Counted from the whole stretch's first letter, positions 12,010 through 24,750 are shown. The stretch is DNA of 57,631 bases, filler included, from Squatina squatina (GCA_031763465.1; 4 parts of 3 records of this genome joined end to end with filler, not necessarily neighbours in it); one strand, 5' to 3'. A program made the numbers and translations. Notes: generated by a model from the letters alone, not told the origin.

Positions 12010-12233
12010 CCATATTCTCCACAAAGTCTCGACACTTTTCCACCAGCACAGGACGGCCAGGCACGAGAATCTCAGCATTGCCGAAATCCAGCAGCTTCAA
12101 GACATTGTGCTCCACAATGATCATGTTCTCTGATTTTAGATCAAGGTGGAGAGTATGATTGAGATGGAGGTATTCAACAGCACTAAGCATCTGTGTCAGC
12201 AACTCCACCACATGGTGCTCAGTGTAAGAGGAT
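12010..12233 (-). CDS. OBSCN: Obscurin second kinase domain exon (subdomains VI-VII)
   Basis: ttccattctag|A TCC TCT...AAT ATG G|gtgag; SYTEHHVVELLTQMLSAVEYLHLNHTLHLDLKSENMIIVEHNVLKLLDFGNA...DFVENM resembles obscurin kinase 2 more than SPEG; linkage to GUK1 supports OBSCN. Confidence 0.85.
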
Positions 12234-12629
12234 CTAGAATGGAAAGAAAACGCTGCCTTGGACTTTGGTAAAAAAAAATCTCTCTGATTATGTGGTGGTG
12301 TAAGCTGCTTTTTTTTTGTTATACATGTCATAATAAAAAGGGCATGAGAATTTCCATGGGGTTCTCATGATCTCGTAACTTNNNNNNNNNNNNNNNNNNN
12401 NNNNNNNNNNNNNNNNNNNNNNNNNNNNNNNNNNNNNNNNNNNNNNNNNNNNNNNNNNNNNNNNNNNNNNNNNNNNNNNNNGCGATGGACCAAAATTTCA
12501 AGTCACACTACGCTTAAGGATAGAATAAAATTGAATTTCAAATAAAAGTTTAAACTAAAATAGCATATTATTCTAATGAGAGGTGAATTACCTTCATTAG
12601 TAGTCAGTATTTTCATTACTAGTCACTGA

Positions 12630-12830
12630 TAAATCCAATGAGAAATGTTTACCCAGAGAGTGGGTAGAATGTGGTAGTTGAGGCGAATAGCATTTAAGGG
12701 GAAGCTAGATAAACACTAGAGAAGGTTAGATGAAATACGCTAAGTGGGAGGAGGCTTGTGTGGAGCAGAAACACCGGCATGGACCAGTTGGGCCAAATGG
12801 CTTGTGTCTGTGCTGTAACTTCTATATAAT
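12630..12830 (+). mobile_element. CR1-type LINE 3' end fragment
   Basis: cagagagtgggtagaatgtgg...tttaaggggaagctagataa...ggaccagttgggccaaatggc. Confidence 0.65.
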
Positions 12831-12929
12831 TGTGTGTCATTAAAATATGTTTCAGGTAAAGTCAAATACTGATAGCTCCACTTTGCTCTATATCAGGGCT
12901 AACAGACTAAAAAGTTCAATGAGCTTCAC

Positions 12930-13091
12930 CTGTCTCCCCAATGATAACTTCTGCAGATGGTTGACTAAATGGTCCTTTCCCAGCTTTGCCGATATACGCG
13001 ACTCTATACGAATAAGTTTCTCCCTTATGCAGGTTACTGACATAAAAGCAGGATTCAGAAAGGTCAGATGCAATAGTTCTCCAGTCTTCAC
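12930..13091 (-). CDS. OBSCN: Obscurin fibronectin type III exon preceding kinase 2
   Basis: ctttttcag|GT GAA GAC TGG...GAG ACA G|gtgaa, 162 bp, phase 1-1; EDWRTIASDLSESCFYVSNLHKGETYSYRVAYIGKAGKGPFSQPSAEVIIG is the C-terminal half of an FN3 domain. Confidence 0.82.
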
Positions 13092-13149
13092 CTGAAAAAG
13101 GTAACATTTATTGGACAAAGAAATAATATATCAGAACATACTTTAATGC

Positions 13150-13249
13150 NNNNNNNNNNNNNNNNNNNNNNNNNNNNNNNNNNNNNNNNNNNNTTAATTA
13201 ATTAANNNNNNNNNNNNNNNNNNNNNNNNNNNNNNNNNNNNNNNNNNNN
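13150..13249. other. Artificial scaffold linker N44-TTAATTAATTAA-N44
   Basis: 12-mer at 13194-13205 flanked by exactly 44 N on each side; gives stops in all six frames. Confidence 0.97.
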
Positions 13250-15344
13250 TTTTTCTCAGTAGAACTCTCCTAATTTAGATAGCCTTTTTTTACAGTGTCA
13301 CCGAGTTTCCCTGGTATCACCTTTCCTTAGAAAGACTTGATGCACGGCTTTGATATATTATATTTTAATTGCCAAGGTCAGTCGCCTAAGCGTCTTGTGA
13401 AGAGAACCAACCCTGATTGGATGTGCTGCAGGCAGCTTTCATTCTTCAATGTGTAGAAAACATCAACAGGGGGCAGCATAGTCTCAGTTGCTGGTTAAAG
13501 CTACGGTACGATGTGAGGGAATTCTGAGAGATACACATCACCTACTGCCACGGAATGTTTTCCTTACGGAAAGGACTTCAGCCTTTATATATTCATCACC
13601 CTCTATAGGTGACATTAAGTGCGAATGAACATGTCCTTTTTACCATGCTTCCCTGTGATTGGGTATAATAATTAGCTGGATTTGAAGCTCTTTGCTTTAA
13701 TCACCCACAACCAGGTTTTGCTCAGTGTTTTTGCTACGTGACACAGCTCAAATTCTTGAGTTAACATTAACAGGACAACACTGTGTCTACACATCAGGTT
13801 GCATTTAATTGTAAAACGTAAAAGCGATGCTGCTAATTCAAAAACAACAGTAAACGGGAACATTTTCCATGAGTGGGGGAGGGGGGTCATGTTTTTTTTA
13901 AGTGTATGTTCAGTGGTAGAAAGTGTCAGCATTTCATTACTTTAACCACACAGGAGCCTTCAGGCTTTATGACTGTTTATTTTAAACTGGAACCAATTAG
14001 CTTCTGGTTCTGCCTGCCTCTGTCTCTCCTTGTGACAATTTATTTCCAGCCCATGTCTGCCTTTTCCTGGCTTGACTGCTGATGTAGAGAAGAGGAGGTT
14101 GATATCTCTTCATTAATTACAATATCTGCCCATTTTTTCCTTTCTGTGAAGAGACGATTTGGTTTTTGAAAAACCTCTCACAAGATGATCCTTGTCATTA
14201 TAATTACGCTTTAAAGAAAGACAAGTAATCTAATAATGTAATCTAAATGGCATAATTTTATCCTCTCTTTTCCCAGTCTAATTTTAATTTCTGATTTTAT
14301 TATTTATTTTTCCAAAACCTTGTCACCAACCTTTCCTTCTCAGACGAGGACCATTGAATAGCATTGATAACAAGCCCTTTTCCCTTCTTTTCTTTTTTCC
14401 TTCCTTCTCTCCTGTCCTCCTTCCTCCACCTCTCTTTATTTGGCTAAGTTTCCATCTTTCACAGAGATTGAGAGAAACTGATCCCATTTCATTACCTTTA
14501 ATGGCTGTCCATTGATTTCTTATGCTAAAAAGATTTAGATCATCGTCATACAAAAGAAAACTCCTGTCCTTCATCTTACAGAAATGGATCAGGTGTATGT
14601 GTCCACCATCACATTATCCAGTGGAATGCAACATTACACGGAGCTGCCACTACAGGCAGATGACATTCACAGACTGGAGCGTTTTTAACACATCGCCATA
14701 ATGAGAAAAAAATGAATAGAGAGTGAAGAGAGAATTAATTCAGTGCATTAAAATAACAATGAGAACATTTCAAGGAATACAATTGCCTATAAATTATCTG
14801 ATAACTATCAAATAATTTATATTAGCACAATGAGCTTCTGTGTTTGCCTTAGTCTTCACTATGTGTTTCTTAAACTATGAGAATCATAACCATACTGAAT
14901 AGATATCTCTCCTTTTTACCAAATTAATTCATAGATATTACTGTGGGGATATAGTATGAATATACCTAAGAAAATAAATAGAAAGTAGAACATTTTTCAG
15001 AAAGTATTAATCTTGTTTTTTTTTACAAAGTGTATTAGTTTAATGTTGAAAATTTATACCAGCTTTTATGTATGAGTCTTAAGAATCCTTGCAATTCATT
15101 TTTTTAAAAATTGTTACTGGACAATGAAATTAAAAAAAAAATATTCCCCAAAGTTCAAACACAGTGGTTGAAATTCCAGTGAGCAACATACAAGTTAAGA
15201 TGATTACGCAAAATTCTTATATGTAGCATCTTAACANNNNNNNNNNNNNNNNNNNNNNNNNNNNNNNNNNNNNNNNNNNNNNNNNNNNNNNNNNNNNNNN
15301 NNNNNNNNNNNNNNNNNNNNNNNNNNNNNNNNNNNNTCAATGCT

Positions 15345-15745
15345 TTTTTTAAGTGGTGTTCAAGAGGAGTACTGGTTCATCAACTGAGGGGGAGGGCAGT
15401 AGGTGGTAATCAGCAGGAGGTTTGGCCTGAAGCTATGAGGTTTCATGAGGTCCGGAGTCACTATTGTGAAATCCCAGGGCCACTCACTCCCGACTGTATA
15501 CCACTGTGCCGCTACCTCGGGTGGGTCTGTCCTGCGGTGGGTCAGGACATACTCAGGGATGGTGATGGAGGAGTCTGGGACCTTGGCTGAAAGTATGACT
15601 ATGTCAGGCTGTTGCTTGACTAGTCTGTGGGACTAGTCTCCCAATGTTGGCACAAGTCCCCAGATGTTAGTGAGGAGGACTTTGCAGGGTCGACTGGCTG
15701 TCATGTCCAAAACCGGTGCCGGCTGGTCCGTCCGGTTTTATTCTT
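15345..15745 (-). mobile_element. CR1/L2-group LINE endonuclease region, frameshifted
   Basis: Minus strand reads LVKQQPDIVIL...VPDSSITIPEYVL followed by frameshifted APE-like sequence. Confidence 0.75.
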
Positions 15746-15792
15746 ATTATTGTTTCTTGTAGCAGTTTGTTACAACTTGTTTACAATTGCTG

Positions 15793-16030
15793 TTGGCCTG
15801 GAGTCATATACAAGCCAGACCAGGTAAGGACAGCAGATTCCCTTCCCTAAAAAGGACAATAGTGAGCCAGATGGGTTTTTACGACAATCTGGTAGTTTCA
15901 TGGTCACCATTACTAATACTAACTTTTTATTCCAGATTTATTTAATTAACTGAATTTAAATTCCACAGCTGCCGTGGTGGGATTTGAACTCATGTCTCTG
16001 GATTACTCGTCCAGTAACATAACCACTATT
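15793..16030 (-). mobile_element. tRNA-derived SINE (second family)
   Basis: B-box-like gagttcaaatccc on the minus strand; body matches the plus-strand copy at 56148-56307 (aatttaaattcagttaattaaataaatct...catgaaactacc.gattgtcgtaaaaacccatctg). Confidence 0.75.
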
Positions 16031-18259
16031 GCTCCCATTCCCGATTGTTGCAAGAATACTCTTTGGAACTCTTCCTTCCATTCTACAGCAGTAGAGTTAA
16101 TTAAAGGGGAGCGATGCTGCCTCCCATTTGGGGAGGGGGCAGAGTCACCCTCGGCTACTCTCAACGCCTGGCTTCAGGGCAGAAGTGATGGAGGCCTGTG
16201 TCAGCCGCCCTTCCTTGTGCCGATGCATAATGTGCTAAGCCCGCTGCTTGCTGCTGGGAACATCGCCACAAAGCTCGTTTGGCTCAGTTACACTTTGCCT
16301 TTCACTTCTTCCTCATTTCTTGCTACCTTCCCAGGTTTTGTTCTGCCTTTGTAAATGATACTCTATTATCCACTTTCTTCTTGAAATCCTTGACTCTCTG
16401 ACACTTTCTGTCTTAGACAGTGACCTTTGAAATAACTCCTTGTCCTATATACTGACAATATCTTCCTGCAGGCGCTGGGTATAGCTCAGAGGACTGTTCC
16501 AAGACGAGTCCTTCTTCTTCAGTCTGCAGATTGTCTGGATTAACCAGACAACCTTGCAGTGTCTGCCTGTCAAAACTTGACTATTACAGCTATAGGTCAA
16601 TCAGAAAGCATTCAATGATAATAAGAAAGTAGTTGTAACAGTGAACTCTCGACAGACTGTACTGGAAAGCGAGGGAGAGAGACGGGAAGCTGAATTTCTG
16701 CCAATGAAATTACTGCTCATTATTTTTAAAAAGGCAGTGCTTGACGTCTCGGGGATTTCTAACTTCATTCTAATTTCTTGGATTCAACATTACAGTCAGG
16801 TAGAAAAATATACGCTATNNNNNNNNNNNNNNNNNNNNNNNNNNNNNNNNNNNNNNNNNNNNNNNNNNNNNNNNNNNNNNNNNNNNNNNNNNNNNNNNNN
16901 NNNNNNNNNNNNNNNNNNNNNNNNNNNNNNNNNNNNNNNNNNNNNNNNNNNNNNNNNNNNNNNNNNNNNNNNNNNNNNNNNNNNNNNNNNNNNNNNNNNN
17001 NNNNNNNNNNNNNNNNNNNNNNNNNNNNNNNNNNNNNNNNNNNNNNNNNNNNNNNNNNNNNNNNNNNNNNNNNNNNNNNNNNNNNNNNNNNNNNNNNNNN
17101 NNNNNNNNNNNNNNNNNNNNNNNNNNNNNNNNNNNNNNNNNNNNNNNNNNNNNNNNNNNNNNNNNNNNNNNNNNNNNNNNNNNNNNNNNNNNNNNNNNNN
17201 NNNNNNNNNNNNNNNNNNNNNNNNNNNNNNNNNNNNNNNNNNNNNNNNNNNNNNNNNNNNNNNNNNNNNNNNNNNNNNNNNNNNNNNNNNNNNNNNNNNN
17301 NNNNNNNNNNNNNNNNNNNNNNNNNNNNNNNNNNNNNNNNNNNNNNNNNNNNNNNNNNNNNNNNNNNNNNNNNNNNNNNNNNNNNNNNNNNNNNNNNNNN
17401 NNNNNNNNNNNNNNNNNNNNNNNNNNNNNNNNNNNNNNNNNNNNNNNNNNNNNNNNNNNNNNNNNNNNNNNNNNNNNNNNNNNNNNNNNNNNNNNNNNNN
17501 NNNNNNNNNNNNNNNNNNNNNNNNNNNNNNNNNNNNNNNNNNNNNNNNNNNNNNNNNNNNNNNNNNNNNNNNNNNNNNNNNNNNNNNNNNNNNNNNNNNN
17601 NNNNNNNNNNNNNNNNNNNNNNNNNNNNNNNNNNNGTGATGTCAAAGTGTCAGTACGATTGCAGCGATTGACAGCTTGACAGCATGATGTAACTATACTG
17701 GAAAAAAGTCAACCACACTTGAATCACAATTCGAAATGAAACTCAACACAAATTAGGTAAAGAAATGAGACCTGTCTCTTTAAACTCTAGGTCACCTCAT
17801 GGGATTAGGTACTAAATTACAATAACTTTTAAATTAAATCAAAGCAGCTGTTAAAAAGGATCACTGCACTCCAATGCTGCGATGGAAACTGTTTATGACA
17901 TGACATTTTGTTGAAATCACATTTCATCTTTTTTACAGTGACAATTTGCAACAAAAAAATTAATAAAATGAAATATGAAAAGTAGTCTTGATGAGAAAAT
18001 CAGCAGCAGATACAAGCTGCTGTTTTAAATTACCATCCTCAACAAAAAATGACAAAACACAAAGGATCATGCCTTGGTAGTAATACCACCTAAAATTTAA
18101 TGTTATTGTCTAGAAATTGGTCTGCGCAGGACCAAGTCTCAGATTACGAAGGCCTAATNNNNNNNNNNNNNNNNNNNNNNNNNNNNNNNNNNNNNNNNNN
18201 NNNNNNNNNNNNNNNNNNNNNNNNNNNNNNNNNNNNNNNNNNNNNNNNNNNNNNNNNNA

Positions 18260-18742
18260 TAAGAACATAAGAATATTGGAACATAAGAATTAGGAGCAGG
18301 AGTAGGCCATACAGCACTTCGAGCCTGCTCTGCCATTCAGTAAGATCATGGCTGATCTTCAAACTCAACTCCACTGTCCCTTTCGATCCCCATATCCCTT
18401 GATTACCCTAGAGTCTAAAAATCTATCAATCTCAGCCTTGAATATACTCAATGACTCCGCACCCACAGTCCTTTCAGGTAGTTAATTCCAAAGATTCACA
18501 ACCCTCTGAGTGAAGGAATTCCTCCTCATCTCAGTTTTAAATGGCCAACCCCATATCCTGAGACTATGCCCTCTAATTCGAAACTCTCCAGCCAGGGGAA
18601 TCAACCTCTCAGCATCTACCCTGTCAATCCCCTTCAGAATCGTATATGTTTCAATTAGATCACTTCTCATTCTTCTAAACTCCAGAGAGTATAGGCCCAA
18701 TCTACTGAATTTCTCCTCCTAGGACAACCCTCTGATCCCAGC
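18260..18742 (-). mobile_element. CR1 (HER1-like) LINE 3' portion
   Basis: GLYSLEFRRMRSDLIETYTILKG...RGHSLRI...RRNSFTQRVVNLWN (CR1 ORF2 C-terminus), then 3' UTR and ttcttatg-type tail. Confidence 0.92.
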
Positions 18743-21700
18743 AAAGTAATTTATAGATATTATCTTAAAGCCAGCCTGGAAAATGGGGATCAGAATATTT
18801 GTATTTTATTCTGTTGGAATATTTTATTCCAGGCGTCCTGCAACCTTAATTTTGTATATCTTTGCTCAATGATATATCAGCAGTATTGACTGACAGGCCA
18901 TTACCATGTGCTCTAAAGCTTGCATGAATTGTTATAGAGGTTCTGCTTGTACACACTCAACTAATGGGGGTTGTCACCCAAAGTTACAGGCTAAACTAAC
19001 TAAACTGTAACTGATATGTTACAAGGCACAAAATTCACAAGCTGGTCTAAGATATTTCTCCATTACTGTCCTGTTGAAATTCCTAAGAATGGGATCTTAA
19101 CAGTTTCTGGGTCTGTGACAAGTGTAGTTAACTGTGCAGCTGTTGGAACAAACTAGACAGTACAAGTAACTGTGCAGAACATGTAAATGTATTGGGTTAA
19201 AATGGTGAGCCAGATTATAATTGCCTTTTATACTGAAGGCTCCAAGTCATTCAGTTGTCACATCTTCACAAAAAGAAAACCTATTAGTAGGTTGGGTTTG
19301 GAGAGGGTGAAGTATTCATTCTTCTGATTCTGAGGACAAATTTACACGAATATCATACTTCAGAACAATACATGTTTGTTCAGTGATTGAGCAATCATCA
19401 AAACCTTGGTTCGATTTTGCAGTGGTTGACGAACAAGAAACTCATAGCTACTTGAGTCATTCGCCATCAATGCAATATCAGCTAGAAATGTCAGACACTG
19501 TACTGCAGGTGAGTTCCTCTTTCCAAAAACCATCTACTTCAAATAACTATGCCTGATGAATACTGTAAATTAAACTGGAATAAGATAGTTTTGGGAGAAG
19601 GGAAAAGAGCTTGAGCAAGTGTTGTGTGGAACAGACGCCAATGTAATGTTAACCCCTTGAGTGCTACAAGTCATTTTCAGCTATCAAGTTCATAGAAAAG
19701 ATTATTTTCTGCAAGTCTTTATTGCTCAGTAATATGCAGTAGAAGTAGACTAACATGTTGCGTCACAAAACATTTCCTTATTCTTAGTGTCCTTTGAATA
19801 AGCCGATGAAGGAAAGTATTTTTCTATTACTGGTGCAAAATACTGCTGCAATTCTGAATGGCGGAGTGATTTCTAACACAAATTGCAAATTCAAAATTGG
19901 TTGGTGCAGGCTGGTATTGCACCTGTATCACTGAGGATACATTTTGTATAAGTGCTTGAAATGTGCAGATAGTATTCTTTTACCATTGATCATTTATGTA
20001 GGCAATGTTTATTCTGCATTCTGTCATATTCTGCGATGTGCTGATGGAAGCTCATTAGGCTTCGGGCCACAGCCTACTAATTTGAATACAATTTTTTTTG
20101 AAACACAGCTCCCAGTGGGATAATATCAATTTAGTGAATGGATGCAAGTTGGGCTCAATCGAGGTTGACATCATGCCCATTTATGTGTCACAAAGGAAAA
20201 GCTTGCTTGGCTCACGATGTTAGGATTTGCTATTTGTCGGCTTTGGATTTTCCTGTAAAATTAGGGAGTGCCTCACAGGATTTTTTTTNNNNNNNNNNNN
20301 NNNNNNNNNNNNNNNNNNNNNNNNNNNNNNNNNNNNNNNNNNNNNNNNNNNNNNNNNNNNNNNNNNNNNNNNNNNNNNNNNNNNNNNNCAGCAGAAAGAA
20401 TTTGAATCACTGCTTGGCTCAACTTTTCAATGCACAATTATGAAACATGGACATTCTTTTGTCAAGAAACAATGTTGGCTGAGTGGAAGGCTTCAGTTGT
20501 AATAACCGCATTATTATTTACTTTATTACTTTTATCCATACCTTGCCATTTCCATGTAGTCATTCAGAACTTGCTGTGCACTATCAAGCAAAATGTAAAA
20601 ATAAGCCTTGGCAATGAAAAATGAATGTAATATAAACTGCATTAAAATGACAAGTTTTGTTAGATGATTTGCTGAACATTTGACATTTTTAGTTGCAAGA
20701 AATTTTCAAGTAGAAAGTTAAGGTATTTATGCAAACTGTACTAACCTTTTGCTTCATAGCCACTCATCATAGATAACTGCAAAAATCAGGCAATGAAAAC
20801 AAGTCTAAAGTTTTAAAATAGCACAATTTCTTGTATTTGAATAAAAATGTTCCAATTCTGCATTTTATAGTTTTGTCAATTGAAAGCCCAACAGCTTTGT
20901 ATGAGTTTGTGGAGCTGAAAAATAAAATATGAAATATTGAAAATCCTAACTGTGACTTAGTTAGTGTTTTCAATGTGATTACTATTTGACCAGACCATTC
21001 ACACTAGAGTTAATAATAAGGCTGAGGCAGACATCTGAACATTAGATTCTGAAAAATGGACAGAGTTATGAAGACCCAAAGTAATAAATTGAAAATTCAG
21101 AAAATACAATTATTGCTTACCTACAAATTCTTTCGCTTTGGAAGTAATGCGTATATCAAAAAAAGTTGTTTTTCCTCAGGCCTATTCAATAAATGAACGT
21201 TCCACCAGGACTCTTACATTGAGTATCTTTGAAATGGGTTTTGTATTGATTTTTGTAACTACCCTGTTAGATGACGATATCCCTTAGTTTGTCATTTTCA
21301 GATGGGTCAGCCCGGAGCAGTTCATTGAGGTGATANNNNNNNNNNNNNNNNNNNNNNNNNNNNNNNNNNNNNNNNNNNNNNNNNNNNNNNNNNNNNNNNN
21401 NNNNNNNNNNNNNNNNNNNNNNNNNNNNNNNNNNNNNNNNNNNNNNNNNNNNNNNNNNNNNNNNNNNNNNNNNNNNNNNNNNNNNNNNNNNNNNNNNNNN
21501 NNNNNNNNNNNNNNNNNNNNNNNNNNNNNNNNNNNNNNNNNNNNNNNNNNNNNNNNNNNNNNNNNNNNNNNNNNNNNNNNNNNNNNNNNNNNNNNNNNNN
21601 NNNNNNNNNNNNNNNNNNNNNNNNNNNNNNNNNNNNNNNNNNNNNNNNNNNNNNNNNNNNNNNNNNNNNNNNNNNNNNNNNNNNNNNNNNNNNNNNNNNN

Positions 21701-23906
21701 NNNNNNNNNNNNNNNNNNNNNNNNNNNNNNNNNNNNNNNNNNNNNNNNNNNNNNNNNNNNNNNNNNNNNNNNNNNNNNNNNNNNNNNNNNNNNNNNNATG
21801 TAGGCCTATTAAGTACAGTTTTTTTTTTCATTTTGGCCATCCAACAACAAAAACAACTTGCAATAATATAGCTCCTTTAAAGGTCCTAAGGTGCTGCACA
21901 GGGGTGTTATCAAACAAAATTTGACAACGGTCCGCATATCCAGGTGGATATTCTTCCAGTATAGTCAGCGACCTTTGTTTGGCTGCACATAGCAGATTAA
22001 CTATAAAAATTACTAGATAGAAACACTATCAGGAACCACTTACTGATTTTAACCCTTCAGGATGCATACAAAGCATTGCATGTGCACCCTTCTTTTTATA
22101 GGCAGTAAAGATAATATCCGCCAGTGAGTGAACTCTCAGAATGTGGCTGCCCTTGATGATTCTGTGTGACAGAACCACTTGACTCAGCCTCACACTCCGA
22201 GACCATTGATCCCATTCATTCAGACACTTAAAAACTGCATAATATTCTGGTTTTAATCATCATAAATTTATATTAATATCAGTATAACAACTCAGCCAAA
22301 ATATGTGCTGTCTCTCTATTTAATAATACAATAGGTATAAAAACTGATCTGTTAAAGACTACTTAATAGGATTAGCACTGTATTTGTTCTGAATATATCT
22401 AGATTTTTACAGGATGTTAAAGAGGTTTTTGTGTAACTTAGATGCTTAGAGGATTAAGTTAATAAATGTTTTAGGCCATCAAAATGCCAAGACTACCAGT
22501 CTTGTGTGTTGCATTCAACCTGTTTGCAGTGGTTAGATTTAATGCAAGTTGAGGCTTTTTGCAGAAGCCACCATTCAGCTGGTTTTGAGGGCTAATTCAT
22601 CTATTTTTATTATGCTCTTGTGCTGTTGTAAATGATATGTTCATATACATGCAGTCAGCCTCAAATGCAGGTCTATCTGTAGAAGGTATCACTTACCCAG
22701 AAAAATCTTTGGCTGGCATTCCTGTGTCACATGAGCTCGTGACACATCTCACTGTGTGCTCCTGGGAGTGGCTAAGACGCTTGATTGCACCCTAAGGTAG
22801 TCTATTTCCAAGCTGCTTCCCAGTAGGGTCGTAAGCTTTATTACTGAAGTAAAGAGCTGCACAGTGAACCAATCTGTCAATATAACACACAGATGGCTTC
22901 AAATATCAGATCTATTAATTTTGCACCTATAAAATCTAAATGAAAACAGAAGCTGCTCCTGAACAAACGACAAAAATTAACTCTGTGTGCCCATGTTTAT
23001 TGCTCTCTACTGATAACTCTGCTGTTTTGTTATGTTTAGTTCTCTGTTCATTCCTCATTATTCATTCAAATAAGTTGCTAAGTGTAAAGGCTGATTGAAT
23101 AATGCTACTAGACCTGATGCAGCTGTTTGGTGGGAGATTTACACCACGAGCATTTTGTTACAAAGAATGGTGACTATTTTTATTTTTGGGTGACTGACCG
23201 GTGGAGCGCGCTGGTCGGCTGCCCATTCCGGCACCAAAGAGCCCCTGCCATTTTGAGGCTCCCACAATTTTCTATTGCGCCCTGATCCCTGAACTGGGAA
23301 ACCTGAAGTTCAGTGGTGTTAACTGAACAATGGAGAAATTAAATATTTCACTGAACGTTTAACAAAATATTATCTAGTGACATTTGAATTACTCAATTGA
23401 AAATAATTAAACTTTAACATTAAATGTTAACATTAATGTTGTCCTTTTCTGAATTATTTTCAACACCTCTAACTTATTTTATAAATATGGCAACAACTAG
23501 GCCACTGTTCGGTGTGTGCTTCCAGAATTGGTTTATAGTTCATGAGCATTCCTTCCCTCCCCCGATTTCTGCATCTACTCGTACTACATTTTACTTCCCT
23601 CAATTCTACCACACTGGCAATATTTTAATGTTTAATCAACATTGGGATTTTTCCTGACTTGTGTAATGAGGTCTTTTATTTAGTAATTATATGTTATTTT
23701 AGTACTGTCCTGTATTATTTCTCAATTAAATACCATGTGATTCAGTTGCCCATTTGCCTTGGCCAAGTGTCTTGCTTTTCCACTCCAGTTAATACTAGCT
23801 GTTCTACTCTTTGCGTTGCACATGTTTTGTGAAATTGTACATGTGGATTCCATGGCATGCATGTAATGTATGGGTATATGGCGCTTGATACTGTGGATGT
23901 GCATTT

Positions 23907-24060
23907 GTTGGGACATCAGTAGTGGGGAAGATGCTCGAGTCTGTTATTAAGGATGTCATAGCAGCGCATTTGGAAAGCAGTGGCATGATTGGTCAAAGTC
24001 AGCATGGATTTATGAAAGGGAAATCATGCTTGACAAATCTTCTGGAATTTTTTGAGGATG
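23907..24060 (+). mobile_element. CR1 LINE reverse transcriptase fragment
   Basis: TSVVGKMLESVIKDVIAAHLE...QSQHGFMKGKSCLTNLLEFFED. Confidence 0.92.
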
Positions 24061-24160
24061 NNNNNNNNNNNNNNNNNNNNNNNNNNNNNNNNNNNNNNNN
24101 NNNNNNNNNNNNNNNNNNNNNNNNNNNNNNNNNNNNNNNNNNNNNNNNNNNNNNNNNNNN

Positions 24161-24750
24161 CCTCAAATCACTGGAGAAGTATTGGCAACGTTGTCTCCAC
24201 AAAGTCCTGCAAATCCACTGGCAGGATAGGCGTACCAGTATCCGTGTCCTCTCTCAGGCCAACATCCTCCGCATCGAGGCACTGGTCACTCTCAAATCAG
24301 CGGCGATGGGCGGGCCACGTCGTCCACATGCCTGACACAAGATTCCCAAAACATGCACTCTACTCCGAGCTCTGTCACAGCAAGCGATTACCAGGAGGGC
24401 TGGGGAAATGCTTCAAGGATGCCCTCAAAGCCTCCCTGAAAAAATGTAACATCCCCACCAACTCATGGGAATCTCTGGCCCAAGACCGCCCGAAGTGGAG
24501 GAGAAGCATCCGCGAAGGCGCCAACCATTTTGAGCTTCTCTGGCGGGAGCACGTGGATGCCAACTACAGGCAGCAGAAGGACCGCGCAGAAACCCGAGCA
24601 TCCCATCTACTCGTCCCAGCAAATACCACCTGCCCCACCTGTGGTAGAGTTTGCAGATCCCATGTAGGACTACATAGTCGCCTCAGAACCCACAACCCCG
24701 GAGTGGAAGCAAGTCATTCTCGACCTCGAGGGACTGCCTAAGAGAGAGAG
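24161..24750 (+). mobile_element. RTE-clade LINE, third decayed copy
   Basis: RWAGHVVHMPDTRFPKHALYSEL...CPTCGRVCRSHVGLHSRLRTH; tail gagggactgcctaagagagag. Confidence 0.92.

Noticed and set aside
13194-13205. TTAATTAATTAA as a biological homeodomain-type motif
   Set aside because: Occurs three times, each centred in exactly 44+44 N, so it is an assembly linker
22697-22791. Minus-strand candidate exon with a gtaagt donor and a small tgtgtcac/gtgacaca hairpin
   Set aside because: Weak acceptor, unrecognised peptide, and an 8-bp stem can arise by chance
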